Of a stretch of 64,000 nt of DNA, positions 20,023 through 32,592 are shown in pieces (the stretch's first letter is position 1; every line of letters begins with the position of its first letter). This DNA comes from an uncultured Phycisphaerales bacterium (GTDB taxonomy: Bacteria > Planctomycetota > Phycisphaerae > Tepidisphaerales > Tepidisphaeraceae). Both the position numbers and the translations under genes were made by a program. Under the pieces are notes generated by a model. That model was given only the letters and a program-made list of their open reading frames with translations. It had not been told where the DNA came from and did not search any database. The DNA lies in assembly GCA_963755915.1 (NCBI GenBank), contig CAVWLP010000002.1, positions 3,296,001 through 3,360,000 of the forward strand. The letters are read 5' to 3'.

Positions 20023-20718
20023 TCACCGCAATCCCGATCTCAACCTCGCAAAATATCCCCTCGACGTGCCCGTCGACAGCACAATCAAAAGCGCCACCGG
20101 ATAAACCAGCGAAATCGCCGCCATAATCACCGCTTCCACCGTCGCCATCGTGTTGGCAAAACTCGCAGGCGATCCTGGCCCTCCGGTCGTGACGAACATC
20201 CCGCTCATCATACCCGTGTAGATCCACCACGTCGCAATTGCCGCCACGATTACCAGCGGAATTTTCATCGCGACGTAAATCCGGTGCAGCCGATCCGCCC
20301 GCGGCGAATCCCGCAGCATCATGCTCCCGGCGACAATCAGCAGGACCGCGGCACAAACGCTCAATCCCGATTCCACGATCGTCAGCACCGAAGCCCCGCG
20401 CGCCACGTTAAACTGAAACGCCGGCACTGGCGTTGCCACCGCCGTCGCAGCGCCGGGAGCGCTTGTTGCCGTCGTCCCCACGCCCGTCCCCGCCGGCATC
20501 GTCGTCGCCACCGGCACTGCCATCGTCAGGTGCATATGCGCCATTGCGATATACATGATCCCCGACGCAATCCCCGCCAGGCTCGCCAGCGCGCTTAAAG
20601 CTCCCACGACAATGCTGATGACCCCCACAGCCGTCAGAATCCCCGGCCGCGCCGCTATCGGCTGCGCATACCCCAGCGGCTCATAAGGCGGCGGATATCC
20701 ACTCGGTGGTTGCGACAT
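20023..20718 (-). CDS. Hypothetical membrane protein (~4 TM)
   Basis: Pro/Tyr-rich N-terminus, RPGILTAVGVISIV motif, several hydrophobic helices. Confidence 0.75.
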   Translation of the reverse strand: MSQPPSGYPPPYEPLGYAQPIAARPGILTAVGVISIVVGALSALASLAGIASGIMYIAMAHMHLTMAVPVATTMPAGTGVGTTATSAPGAATAVATPVPAFQFNVARGASVLTIVESGLSVCAAVLLIVAGSMMLRDSPRADRLHRIYVAMKIPLVIVAAIATWWIYTGMMSGMFVTTGGPGSPASFANTMATVEAVIMAAISLVYPVALLIVLSTGTSRGYFARLRSGLR

Positions 20719-21214
20719 GTCTACCAGGCCCAAATCCTACACGATTCAATCCGCGACCGAGAAATGTCTCACCGCCGAACACCACCACTCCCCCAACGTG
20801 TTCGGTACCTAAACCGCATCCTTTTCCCCCGACGTGGCTGGCTGGCGTACTCGCGGGCACGAACAAATCACGTCGTCGGGCCGCCGGCATAGAAATGACA
20901 ATGTCCTGTTTTCTCGTCAATACCGAAATAAACGGATAAACCAACTTATCGGCAAAGTTGACAACAATTGTCCAGGTTGCGGTAAATAACTGACTGGCTC
21001 TGCAAAAATCGCGTATTGCGTAGCTTTTCGGCGGATCCGGCCACGCATTTTCCCGTTCGACTTTTCAGAAAAAATCTTGATTTCTCCCACACCTTTCAAT
21101 TAGCATCCGCCTTCGTCCTTTCTTGGCAAATTTGCGTGCCAATTCGTAATTCTTTCCGTTCCGCCGGCGCGGAAATCCGCGCGGGTGGACGTCAAAAAAA
21201 GTGGGAGCAACAAA

Positions 21215-21970
21215 ATGCGCAATCTGACCATTGGAATCGCTTCGGTTCTGTCCTTGGTTCTGGCGTCCCGGACAATGGCGCTGACCACGGCATTTGTTGA
21301 TTTTGAAACGAATCCCCCAATCGCAGCGGGTCCTAGCGAGTTCTCCCTTGCCGGGCCTATGCAAACGATCGTCGTTCCGGGCGTCGCGACCTTCGCCGGC
21401 GGAGTCGTTCTCGGAGACGAAACGAATCTCCCGGCCTTGTCGTACGGAACCCCTCCCAACGTCTACGCCACCGCCTCAACCTCTGTGGTCCCCAAGGCCA
21501 GTGCAACGCTTGATTCATCGATGACGGTAACGATTGTCCCCACCTATACTGTGGACGAAATCAGCTTTCCGTTGTTCAACGGCATGCAGGCTATCGAGTC
21601 TTATACCATCGACGCGTTCGACGGCTCCAACCAGGTTGGCCAGCAGGTCCTGAGTGATCTTGCGGCCAATAACAGCAGCGGTCACGGGCTCGTTGATTTG
21701 AAGGGCACGGACATTACGAGCGTGACCATTACTCCCAGCGTTCTCTCGGCGGGATGGGATTTCTCGATCGACTCCGTCGCGTTCAACGAACCGGTCAGTG
21801 ACGCGATCACGCCCAGCGGTGCGCCGATCACCCCTGGCACCCCTGGCGGCAATCCTGGCACTGGTTCCGCGGTTCCCCTGCCGCCGGCCGTTTGGTCAGT
21901 CGCCGCGATGCTGTCCGGCCTCGGCGCTCTCTCCCTCGTGCTATCGCGCAGGCGTCATCAAATGGCATGA
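21215..21970 (+). CDS. Secreted exosortase-target protein (VPLPPA/PEP-CTERM-like)
   Basis: Signal peptide, beta-rich body, Pro/Gly linker, then VPLPPAVW + TM helix + RRRH. Confidence 0.8.
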   Translation: MRNLTIGIASVLSLVLASRTMALTTAFVDFETNPPIAAGPSEFSLAGPMQTIVVPGVATFAGGVVLGDETNLPALSYGTPPNVYATASTSVVPKASATLDSSMTVTIVPTYTVDEISFPLFNGMQAIESYTIDAFDGSNQVGQQVLSDLAANNSSGHGLVDLKGTDITSVTITPSVLSAGWDFSIDSVAFNEPVSDAITPSGAPITPGTPGGNPGTGSAVPLPPAVWSVAAMLSGLGALSLVLSRRRHQMA

Positions 21971-22126
21971 GGCGAAAAAAATAACCGCACAGCCCTGAAT
22001 TAATCCGCCGCGCTTTCCCTATTTCGCACCCGTGTAGCCGGCGAGCTTGACTTTGGCGAGCCCGGTCGAGCCGCTCGCCGCTCTCCTCGTTGTCATCTCC
22101 GGCGCAAACCGGTACGTACAGAACGA

Positions 22127-22600
22127 ATGCCAACGAATAAACCCGCCGTCACCTTCCGTGTCATGCATGACCACAAACATATTGCGGACGTGGCTGAGAT
22201 GATGCGCCGCCTGTATGCCGAAGACCCCGCGCAACACCCAATCAACCCGCAATCCTTCGCCAAAACGCTGGGGTTTCTCCTCGCCAACCCCTCCCGAGGC
22301 CGCGTGATCCTCCTGAAAAAACACCGCCAACTCGTCGGCTACGCCCTCCTGATTCCCTTCTGGAGCAATGAGTTCGGCGGCACCCTCCTCTTCATCGACG
22401 AACTCTTCGTGTTACCAGAGCACCGCGGCCAGGGCATCGCCAAGACCTTCCTCTCCCGCCTCAAGCGCCGCCCCCCGTTTAACGCCATCGCCCTCGCCTT
22501 GGAAGTCACCCGCGCAAATCGCAGGGCCAAACGTCTCTACCAGTCACTTGGCTTTGTCCGTCGAACAAATGAGGTTCTAGTGCACAGATGGAGTCCCTAA
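22127..22600 (+). CDS. GNAT family N-acetyltransferase
   Basis: IDELFVLPEHRGQGIA acetyl-CoA motif and NRRAKRLYQSLGF. Confidence 0.92.
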   Translation: MPTNKPAVTFRVMHDHKHIADVAEMMRRLYAEDPAQHPINPQSFAKTLGFLLANPSRGRVILLKKHRQLVGYALLIPFWSNEFGGTLLFIDELFVLPEHRGQGIAKTFLSRLKRRPPFNAIALALEVTRANRRAKRLYQSLGFVRRTNEVLVHRWSP

Positions 22601-22952
22601 AAAATCGTATGAGGGTGAATCGCATTCGCGTGACGGTCGGGCCCGGCCACTAATTGTTCCAACAGAATGCTCCCAATTTCTATCATAAACCGCAAAGATG
22701 ATTTCGATGGGCTCGTGGGATGGATTTTCTGTCACGGTTCAAAGTGTAAGTCAATTTTCGATTACGGACGGTGGGGATTGCAGTCGGTATCGCGCACTAT
22801 CATCGGGCGCGTCTTCTGAGGCCTGGAACTTAAGCCGGAACTAACGACGACGCGATTTATTTCTACTGAACCAAAACAATCGCTTCCTCCTTGATCAAAT
22901 TGGGGCGGAGGGCTCTCGACAGCGCCATACCGCTTCGAGTTTAATTCATAGC

Positions 22953-24041
22953 ATGAAGTCAAGTGACGTAATCGCCAAGTATAAACTTCGCGCCCTTGGT
23001 AAGTTTACACGAGACTTCCGACCTCCGTCATTCGAGGAGAACCTCCCCCTAGTCAAGGGCATTCCGCGTGCATTCGAAGTTAACATACAGAGAGTACATG
23101 GCATCGTTGTGAATGGACCCTACAACGTGCAGTTTGGAACAGTTGGCGGCACCGTTTTCTGTTCCGCGGCGCACGAAGCCTGCAATGGTAGATCGGTCAA
23201 TTGGTGGGACGCTGATGATCCAGACGCCCTTATGCCGGATCAAATCCGAATTGCGAAGAAGAAGTTTCCCGAGCATTATGCAAAGATAACAATGTTTGCC
23301 CGAACTCCTCCCGGCGAACGGCAATTCGGTGGTTTTTCGGAATTTCTGTTTCTAAAACTCCTATCGGTCGAGAATCAGCCCGTCTCCCATGGATTCGAGG
23401 CATCGTTGGCAGCCGCATTAATCGGAACGTGGACCGCGTTCGAGGTCTTGGCCGGTGATTTGTGGGAGTTCGTCGTAAATGAAAGAATTATTCTGGCGTT
23501 TGTTGCAATGGACGCCGAACCGTCGCGAAAGGACGATCCCGATACATTTGATCGCAAACGAAAAGTGACTGTTCCGGTGTTGCTCGACAAGCTCAGAGAC
23601 CCAGAATTTAACCCGCACTCTCGAATGGGCACTTTGCTGCGCGAAAGACGGGAGTTTGAGTTCACCAATCGTCACGAAATTCGCAATGCATATCTGAAGA
23701 TATTTCCTCGTGATAAAGAGGAACTGCGGGCTATCCTGGAATCAAAGGTCGTGCGGTGGACATCTGCCACGCGAAACGCATTAGTCCACAAAGCGGGGCT
23801 GGCGGACAAAGAATTTTGCGATTTGGTGCGCGACCATCCTGTACTGCGCAAGACCGGACGAGATGATCGAATTCACCTCGATTGCGAGGTAATGTATGAA
23901 CTAATCCAAGGAATAGTTGACGAGGCGACAAGGCTACTGAAATTTGTTAATAGCTGGATGCAAAGCCATCCGGCAAAAAACATTGCCGCCCGAAACAAAA
24001 AAACGGGAAAGCTCCGAATTGATTTGCCACGCCCTAAATAA
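22953..24041 (+). CDS. Hypothetical protein with HEPN-like Rx4H motif
   Basis: 362-aa lower-GC ORF; helical C-terminal half containing WTAFEVL and RNALVH. Confidence 0.6.
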   Translation: MKSSDVIAKYKLRALGKFTRDFRPPSFEENLPLVKGIPRAFEVNIQRVHGIVVNGPYNVQFGTVGGTVFCSAAHEACNGRSVNWWDADDPDALMPDQIRIAKKKFPEHYAKITMFARTPPGERQFGGFSEFLFLKLLSVENQPVSHGFEASLAAALIGTWTAFEVLAGDLWEFVVNERIILAFVAMDAEPSRKDDPDTFDRKRKVTVPVLLDKLRDPEFNPHSRMGTLLRERREFEFTNRHEIRNAYLKIFPRDKEELRAILESKVVRWTSATRNALVHKAGLADKEFCDLVRDHPVLRKTGRDDRIHLDCEVMYELIQGIVDEATRLLKFVNSWMQSHPAKNIAARNKKTGKLRIDLPRPK

Positions 24042-24134
24042 CCTGCGTTTTCCCAGCACAAACGTGTTCCCTCGGAACAATGGCCTATCTTCGTCTCTTT
24101 TTCCACAAACCGCCACGCAGTAAATTACCGCTCA

Positions 24135-24966
24135 ATGAAGCTCCTCCCTCCGCGCCTGCACATCCTGCTCGCCCCCCAAAACAAAAATCGCCGTCGTCAT
24201 TCGCCGCGGACCCTCCAAATCCGTTTGCACGCTCCTTTGGAACCTCCGCACCGACGAATTCACCCTTGGCCAATGGCTCCGCGGACGTATCTACGAACGC
24301 CGTTGCGACATTTCCCCCAACGGAAAATTCATGATCTACTTTGCCATGAACGCCCGCTGGGAATCCCCTTCCGCCGGCACCTGGACCGCCATCTCCCGCG
24401 TACCCTTCCTCAAAGCTATTGCCCTCTACCCCAAAGGAGATTGCTGGCACGGCGGCGGTCTTTTCCTCTCCAATCACACCTTCTGGCTCAATAACGCCCC
24501 CAATCACCGCGAACCCCTTATCGAAAACACCTCCCTGCGTCCCGACCGTCTCCATAAACCCAAAAAATCCTTCGGCGGCGAATGCCCCAGCGTCTACTAC
24601 CACCGGCTCCCGCGCGATGGCTGGCGCCACCTCACCCATCACACCACTGGCCCCGACTCAACCATCGACACCTTCGACAAAACCCTTCCCTCCGGCTGGA
24701 TCCTCCGAAAACACGCCCACGCCACCCTCACCCGCGCACCCGGCAAAGGCGTCTATTACGACACCCATGAACTCCTCCACTCCGAATCCAACTACCGCCA
24801 GAAATTCCCCGATTGGGAATGGGCAGAATACGCAACCCATCGTCTCCTCTGGGCCACTCACGGAAGAATCTTCGCCGCCAAGCTGACCAAATCCGGTCCT
24901 TCAGCTCAAACCGAGTTGCACGATTTCAACAATATGACGTTCCAGGCAATCAAAGCGCCCTATTGA
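24135..24966 (+). CDS. Hypothetical protein (frameshift ~24310)
   Basis: ORFs 24135..24494 (RLHILLAP...) and 24331..24966 share host-like C-ending codons and appear to be one gene. Confidence 0.6.
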
Positions 24967-24976
24967 AAGAACTAAA

Positions 24977-26654
24977 CCCGGATTTCCCAGATGGCACTGG
25001 ACTCCGCGTATAATGAATTGTCGTTTGGCCGCGTGAATATAGCCCTTTTTCCAACATTCGGGACATGATGTCGGGAGAACCCAATGGGTGCAAGCAGCAC
25101 GGAAGCTCTCGGGATGGTTTTTGACGTGAGTCTGAAGCTCGAATTTCACGGCTCAAGAGTCACCAGCGACGCAGGATTGCTGGTCTATCGGGAACTGGAT
25201 GAAACGCTGGGCTTGACGAGCATGGCTGGAACTCTGCTCCAGGATTGGCGCACCGGGAAGAACACCCAGCACACCCTGGTGGGTCTACTTCGTCAATCCA
25301 TCTACAGCCGACTGGCCGGTTACGAAGATACCAATGACGCCGAGCGATTGGCCGTTGATCCGACGATGCGGCAGTTGGTCGGCGGCAGAGCCAAACAGCG
25401 CACCGCCGCCTCCACCAGCCAGATGGGCAGGTTTGAGACCGACGTGCTGACGCAACCGGAAAACCTCAGAGTGTTGAGCAGCCTGTCGGGCCAATGGATC
25501 GACACGTTACGGCAGCGCAAGCCCAGCGACCGAATCATTCTGGACATGGATAGTTCGGTGAGTGAGACCTACGGCCAGCAGGAGGGATCGGCCTACAACG
25601 GTTACTTCGAATGCACCTGCTACCACCCGGTGTTTTGTTTCAACCAGCATGGAGACCTGGAACGGGCACTGCTTCGCAACGGCAACGTGCACAGCGCCGA
25701 TGATTGGCGGTCGGTACTGGAGCCGGTGGTCGCCCGCTATCGAACCATGCCGGTGAAAAAGTTCTTTCGCGGCGATTCGGCCTTCGCCATTCCCGAGTTG
25801 TACGAGTTTCTCGAAACCGAGGGCTATCAGTATGCGATCCGCCTGAAGTCAAACAGGCTGTTGGAGCAGGAGATTGAGCATCTGCTGAAGCGTCCGGTGG
25901 GCCGTCCGCCGGAGAAGCCGATTGTGCTGTTCCATGACTTCCACTACCGGGCCGCCAGTTGGGATAAGGCCCGCCGGGTGGTGGCCAAAGTCGAATGGCA
26001 TCGGGATGAACTGTTCCCACGCGTAGGGTTCATCGTCACCAACATCGGCGGAGGCGCTGCACCCGTCACCTGGTTCTACAATGGCCGGGGCACGGCGGAG
26101 CAGTGGATCAAGGAGGGCAAGAATGCGGTGCGGTGGACCAAGCTGTCCTGCCACGACTTCGTGGACAACCAGGTTCGCCTGCAACTGTTCGCCCTGGCGT
26201 ACAATCTGGGGAATTTCCTGCGGCGGTTGGCGCTGCCCGGAGCCGTGAAGCATTGGACGCTGACCACGTTGCGGGAGAAGCTGATCAAGATTGGGGCCAA
26301 GGTCGTGCATCACGCCCGCCGGGTGGTCTTTCAGATGGCCGAGGTGGCGATCCCTCGCCCACTGTTCGCGGCGATCCTGAGGCGGATCGAGCGATTGCGT
26401 CTGCTGACCCCGGCCTCACCATGAGCGCGATACCCGCAAAATCGAGGCGGAGACGGGCCGGGGCGCGGTGGGTCTGTCCTCGGGAGGCCGCAAATCGGTT
26501 TTCTGCCGCTGAAACAGCCATTGGCGCAGTGTTTTTGGCCAAGATTCCGAGTCGCTGGGACAGGATTTTGCTTGTTTGCAGTACGCTGGCGCGGTATCAC
26601 GCTTCCCCGTTGCTCGCGACGGTCGCGGGCGGGAAGTCAAATGGGAAATGTCGG
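24977..26654 (+). mobile_element. IS1380-family insertion sequence
   Basis: Imperfect terminal IRs CCCGGATTTCCCA / TGGGAAATGTCGG, with TAAA next to both ends; ends approximate by about 1 nt. Confidence 0.85.
25084..26424 (+). CDS. IS1380-family DDE transposase
   Basis: [24 protein letters not shown] and [16 protein letters not shown]. Confidence 0.95.
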   Translation: MGASSTEALGMVFDVSLKLEFHGSRVTSDAGLLVYRELDETLGLTSMAGTLLQDWRTGKNTQHTLVGLLRQSIYSRLAGYEDTNDAERLAVDPTMRQLVGGRAKQRTAASTSQMGRFETDVLTQPENLRVLSSLSGQWIDTLRQRKPSDRIILDMDSSVSETYGQQEGSAYNGYFECTCYHPVFCFNQHGDLERALLRNGNVHSADDWRSVLEPVVARYRTMPVKKFFRGDSAFAIPELYEFLETEGYQYAIRLKSNRLLEQEIEHLLKRPVGRPPEKPIVLFHDFHYRAASWDKARRVVAKVEWHRDELFPRVGFIVTNIGGGAAPVTWFYNGRGTAEQWIKEGKNAVRWTKLSCHDFVDNQVRLQLFALAYNLGNFLRRLALPGAVKHWTLTTLREKLIKIGAKVVHHARRVVFQMAEVAIPRPLFAAILRRIERLRLLTPASP

Positions 26655-26673
26655 ATAAAGGGAGGGCAATGCG

Positions 26674-29600
26674 GTGCACAGGTCCAACTCCGCCGAATTA
26701 TTGAACAAAGATGCTCGCCATCGATTTTCTCGTCGAGGCCTGTTTCTCGTTGCCGCCAGCGCCGCATCCGCGTTTTTTCAACTGACCGATCGGTTGCACG
26801 CTGTCACCGTAGATACCTGGACCAACACGAGTGGGGGAAGTTGGACGTTGATAAGCGATTCGGATTGGTCCCAAGCCCTCCCGCCCGCGAGCGGCCAGTC
26901 GGTTGATATCGGCACACTCGCCAGCAGCACCGTCGACGTCAATTATGATTACAACAATGGCGCCGAGATCAGCCTCGACGCAGTAACCGTTTCCACCACC
27001 GGCGGCGGAACCTATGTTCTGGAACTGGAGACTTCCGGAACCACCGAACTTGAGCCGCAGAATCTTTACGTCGCCGAATCCGGCGGAGACCTTTCCGACG
27101 GCCGTGGCGAAGTCATTCAAGGCACCGGCACGGTTTCGATTAGTTCCACGCTTTATCTTGGAGTTTACCAGACCGACCAGGGAACTTATTCCTTATCCGG
27201 CGGCGTTCTCAGTACATCAGGCGTCGAATTTGTCGGTTATTCCGGCGCCGGCACGCTTACTCAAAGCGGTGGAACCAATAGCTGCACGGGGGCCCTGTAT
27301 GTCTGCGACGGCGGTGGCTCCACCGGACTTTATTCCCTTTCCGGCACCGGATCCCTGAGTGTGACCGGCGAGGAAAATATCGGCGCCGTGGGTAACGCCA
27401 CTTACGATCAAAGCAGCGGTACCAGCACCGTCGCCGGGGTACTTAACCTCGGCAACACATCGGGGTCCAAGGGCGCTTTCAACTTGAGCGGGGGAAGAGC
27501 CGTCTTTGCCTCCCAAATTAATCTCCTCGCAACCGGCTCTCTTTCAGTCTCCTCCACTGGAACCCTTGTGGCTACCGAGGGCGCCGTCACCGGCGGGCTT
27601 CCCGATGGAGAAATTATTGGCGATGCGGGCATGGGCCTTCTTAACCAAATTGGAGGAACTAATTCTGTAGCCACCGCCCTTTACCTCGGCGCTGCAAGCG
27701 GCGGCGCAGGAGCATATTCTCTCAGCGGTGCCAGCCTTCTTAGCGTCAGCGGCGACGAAGACGTCGCCGATTCCGGGTCTGCTTCGCCCGGATCCTTCGG
27801 CACCTTTGTCCAATCCAGCGGCTCCAACAGTGTCTCAGGCGGCCTTCACCTCGCTTCCTGGGCCGATGACAGGCGCAATACACTCTTTCCGGCGGCACAC
27901 TTCACGTCACCAGCAGTGCCGGCGAAACCATTGCCAACAGCGGAACCGCCACCTTCGTCCAAACCGGCGGTTTTAATAACATCTCCAGCGGAAGCCTTAC
28001 TGTCGCCGCTCTTACCGGCTCCAACGCGACCTACAGCCTTTACAGCCTCGGATCGCTCTCGGTCTTCGGCAATGAATATATCGGAAGCCAGGGCAACGGA
28101 ACCTTCAGCCAGGCGACCACCGCCACCAATGCGGTTCTCGGATCGCTCTATCTCGGCGCCGGAAGCGGCGGCGCCGGACTTTATTCTCTCAACGGCACTG
28201 GCCTTCTCAGCGCCGGCGGCGACGAAAACATTGCCGATTCCGGCTCAGCTTCGCCGGGCGCCACCGCCACATTCATTCAAGTCGGCACCGCCACCAACAC
28301 CATTGCCGGCGGACTTCACATTGCTTCCTGGGCCGACGACAATGGACAATATTACATCGATGGGGGTACCTTGACCGTCGAAGGTAGCGCCGGCGAAACC
28401 ATCGGCAACAGCGGACAAGCTATCTTCGGACAAGAAGGTGGATTCAATGATATTACCGCTGGTCCGCTTTATATCGCAGCTCTGTCCGGTTCCGTGGGAA
28501 CTTACACAATCAGCAATTCCAGCTCGACCCTTGCGGTGACTGGAAACATGGAAGTTGGAGCTGGAGGAAGCGGCACGTTCGTTCAATACGGCGGTACGGT
28601 TGGCGTCGGATCGAGTGCGGCGCCCTCAAGCGTGATTGTCGGCGGGGGTACCAGCGGACTGTATAATCTATCGGGCGGTTTAATTGCCGTTAACAACGCG
28701 GTGACGCTCGCGGCCACAGGCAGCTTCGTTCAAGACACGGGGACGCTTGTGGTCAGCAGCGGCCTGATTTCCTCCGGCCTTGCGGACGGCGAATATATCG
28801 GCGATTCGGGCGACGGTTCGTTTGACCAGGTCGGTGGAACCAACACGGACATCGGCACGCTTGTTTTAGGGGTCGCTTTCGGCGGCAATGGAAAATACAC
28901 GCTTGGCAGCGGCAGCCTGCAGGTCACGCAAGACGAAGACATCGCTGATTCCGGCTCCCCCTCGCCCGGGTCAACCGCGAATTTTATCCAAACCACCGGC
29001 ACGAATTACGTCCAGGGCGCGTTTCACATCGCCTCCTGGGCCGACGACAAGGGAACCTACACACTTTCCGGCGGCCTGCTTGAAGTCACCGGCAGCGGCG
29101 GAGAGACCGTCGCCAACAGCGGCACCGCCACCTTCGGCCAAACCGGTGGCACTAATGCCTGCAATGGCAATCTCTTTATCGCCAACCTCTCCGGGTCGGT
29201 TGGAGAATATTCGATGTCCAGCACCGCATCGCTCACCGTCTCGGGCAACGAATACGTCGGCAACGGCGGCGACGGCAGCTTCTACGAAATTGCAGGAAGT
29301 CAAACTGTGACCGACACCTGCACCGTCGGCGGAAGCCCCGGCGCCAGCGGATTTTATTTCATCGAGGGCGGCGCCCTCCATATCGGGGCCGATCTCGACG
29401 TCGCCAACGGCGGTTCGGAGACCTCCACAGGCGCCACCGGCACCTTCGAGCAGACGGGCGGAGCCGTTACCGTCGCAGGAAATCTCAACCTCGGCTACAG
29501 CCCCTACGACGTCGGCTCTTACACCCTCGCCGCCGGCGGCGCCGCGCCTACCCTGTCCGTGACCGGAGCGGCGGTCATCGGCAAGGCCGGCTCCGGCACT

Positions 29601-30701
29601 TTCATTCAAACCACTGGAAACACCACCATCGGAACCCTCGAGATTGGCGCCGGCGTTGGCCATCCCAGCTCCTACAGCTTCAGTGGCAGCGGAACCACCA
29701 CCATCACCGGAAATGCCTACATTGGCGGTGGGACCTCATCGTCGGGTGCAATCGATTCGTCCCTTTCCGCCAACGGCGCTTTCACCGTCGATGGCAACGT
29801 CACCCTCTGGCAGACATCCTCTGCCCTTAATATTCAGGGAGGCAACTTCCAGGCCAACGCCGTGGCCAACTCCGGCGTCATCTCATCAACGGGCGGCAAT
29901 TCATTTTTTAATAGCCTTACCGGCGGCGGCTTCACGAATGTCGGCAACACCTCCGGCGCAACGGCCAATATGTACCTCAATTCCATCAGCACTAATCAAT
30001 TGAACATTGAAAACACCGGAATGGTCAGCATCACCGGCGGCGCCTCCGCTAACACGGTCAATTCGCTGACGATCTCAGGAGATGGTCTGCTGAACATCAA
30101 CAACGGTCATCTCTTCATCGATTATGGATCCGGCGCCGATCCGGTCTCTTCGATCGCCGCATACATCAAGAGCGGCTACAACGACGGCGGGTGGAACGGC
30201 CCGGGAATTATTTCCTCCAACGCCCAAACCCTCACCAATGGCCTCCGCTACGGCATCGGCTGGGCCGACAGCGCAGACCAAATCAATGGCCACCAGATTC
30301 TTTCTGGCCTGACCAATGAGATCGAAATAAAATACACCCTCCTCGGCGACGCCAATCTAGACGGCACCGTCAACGGCTCCGACTTTAGCATCCTCGCCGC
30401 CAACTTCGGTTAGGGCTATACCAATTGGGACCAGGGCAACTTCGAATTCACCCCGGCCGTCAATGGCACCGACTTCGCCGCCCTCGCCGCCAACTTCGGC
30501 CAGGGCGACAGCGGCGCCGAGGTAACCGTCTCCCAGGCCGACATCGCCGCTCTCGATTCCTTCGCCATCGCCAACGGCTTACCCCTCCCCGCCATCGCCG
30601 CCGTCCCCGAGCCGGCGTGTCTCGCTGTGCTCGCGGTCGCCGGTTTGGCTGCATTCCCACGGCGATTCCGAAAGAACCTCAGGCTTTGTGACGCTTCGTA
30701 A
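26674..30701 (+). CDS. Large secreted Gly/Ser/Thr-rich beta-helix protein with dockerin-like repeat and PEP-CTERM anchor (frameshifts ~27870 and further on; in-frame TAG 30411-30413)
   Basis: Tat-like SRRGLF signal, GxYxLSGG repeats, LLGDANLDGTVNGSDF. Beyond the TAG: GYTNWDQGNF...VPEPACLAVLAVAGLAAFPRRFRK...* at 30701. Confidence 0.8.
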
Positions 30702-30929
30702 CCTCACCCCTCAGCGCTTCCCCCACCGCGCGCATCGGCGTCTCCCAATCCCCCGCGCGCGATTGCCGAAATAGTCGCATCGTCGGATACCACGGCGAAT
30801 CCTCCCGGCCCAGCAGTGTCAGGCATCACTTAAATCACGCCACGTAACATCACTTCAAATGCCGCCATTTTGGAGAGGCGCAGATTCGGTCCGTAAGCTT
30901 CCCGGCTGCTCGCCGGTGGGAGCTTGCGG

Positions 30930-32582
30930 ATGTCGAATCGGCTCACAATGGCGGAACATCAGACAATCTTGGGACTTGCGCGACTGAACTGGTCGTATCG
31001 CCGGATCGCCGCGGAACTGGGCATCGACCGGGAGACGGTCTCTCGTCACATTAAATCCGCGGTGATCGAACCACCCGGTGCAGGTCCGCCGGATCCAGAT
31101 GCCGCCATTCTGATTGCCGGGTCCGAGGTCAGATCGGAGGCAAATGCCACCATTCCGATGACCGGGTCAATGCACGGCGAGGCGGAATCTGTCGGTTCAA
31201 ATGCCGCCATTTCGATTACCGGGTTTTCCGGCCGTCACAGCCAGTGCGAGCCATGGCGCGCCGTCATCCTTCAGGGTCTTGAGCAAGGCCTGACGGCCAA
31301 GCGTATCTGGCAGGACTTGGCTGCCGATCATGGCTTCGACGGTCCTTACCAACCGGTCCAGCGATTTGTCCAGCGGCTCAACCGTGCCGGAACCAACGGA
31401 TTGCCCTATCGGCGAATGGAATGCGCCCCCGGCGCCGAGGCCCAGGTGGACTTCGGCAAGGGCGCGCCCCTCGTCACACCCGACGGCAAACGAACCCGTC
31501 CCCACCTGTTCCGCATCGTGCTGAGCTGCTCGCGCAAAGCCTACAGCGAAGTGACGCCCCGGCAGACCACCGAGCAGTTCATCCGCTGCATCGAAAACGC
31601 CTTCATTCACTTCGGCGGTGTTCCCAGAACTCTGGTGATCGACAATCTCAAAGCGGCCGTCACCCATGCCGACTGGTACGATCCCGATCTGAATCCCAAG
31701 ATTCAGGAGTTCGCGCGTCACTACGGCACCGTCATTTTGCCGACGCGCCCAAGGACGCCACGGCACAAGGGAAAGATCGAACGCGGCGTCGGATACGCCC
31801 AGGGGAATGCTCTCAAGGCCCGAACCTTCAAGAGCCTTTCCGAGCAGAACCAATTCCTGGCCGAATGGGAATCGACCATCGCCGACACGCGCATTCATGG
31901 CACCACGCGCAAGCAGGTGGCGAGGATGTTCGCGGAAGTGGAGAAGCCGGCGCTATTGCCTCTTCCGCCGGGACGGTTCCCCTGTTTTCAGGAAGCCCAG
32001 CGGATCGTCAACCGTGATGGCCACGTGGAGGTGGCCAAGGCGTATTACTCGGCGCCGCCGGAGTTCCTCGGCCGGACCATCTGGGCGCGCTGGGACGGGC
32101 ACGTCGTCCGGCTCTTTGATTCTCAGCTTCGGCAGGTTGCCATCCACGTTCAGCACGAGCCGGGACGCTTCGCCACCGATGATCGTCACATCGTTCCCGA
32201 GAAGCGCGGCGGGATCGAACGCGGCGCGGCCTGGTGGATGAACAAGGCCAGCGCCATCGGTCCCCACGCCGGCCAATGGGCTGAAAATGTCCTGAATTGC
32301 CGGGGGATTCACGCCTTGCGCGTGGTGATGGGGCTGGTCAGTCTCACGCATCGCCATCCCGCCAAAATGATCGAACAGGCCTGTCAGGTGGCTCAAGGGC
32401 ACGGCACCCATCGGCTGCGCGACATCCGCAATCTGCTGAAACGATCGGAATCCGCCGCGCAACAGCAACAGTTCGAGTTCGTCGCCGAGCATCCCCTGAT
32501 CCGGTCGCTTTCGGATTACTCCCAACTGGTCCATGACGCTTTCGATAACACCCCCGTGGAGGCAAAGCCTCCACTTTTTTGA
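30930..32582 (+). CDS. istA: IS21 transposase IstA
   Basis: Same protein as copy 1 except one visible T/A substitution (PWRTVIL vs PWRAVIL). Confidence 0.95.
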   Translation: MSNRLTMAEHQTILGLARLNWSYRRIAAELGIDRETVSRHIKSAVIEPPGAGPPDPDAAILIAGSEVRSEANATIPMTGSMHGEAESVGSNAAISITGFSGRHSQCEPWRAVILQGLEQGLTAKRIWQDLAADHGFDGPYQPVQRFVQRLNRAGTNGLPYRRMECAPGAEAQVDFGKGAPLVTPDGKRTRPHLFRIVLSCSRKAYSEVTPRQTTEQFIRCIENAFIHFGGVPRTLVIDNLKAAVTHADWYDPDLNPKIQEFARHYGTVILPTRPRTPRHKGKIERGVGYAQGNALKARTFKSLSEQNQFLAEWESTIADTRIHGTTRKQVARMFAEVEKPALLPLPPGRFPCFQEAQRIVNRDGHVEVAKAYYSAPPEFLGRTIWARWDGHVVRLFDSQLRQVAIHVQHEPGRFATDDRHIVPEKRGGIERGAAWWMNKASAIGPHAGQWAENVLNCRGIHALRVVMGLVSLTHRHPAKMIEQACQVAQGHGTHRLRDIRNLLKRSESAAQQQQFEFVAEHPLIRSLSDYSQLVHDAFDNTPVEAKPPLF

Positions 32583-32592
32583 AAGGAGATTT

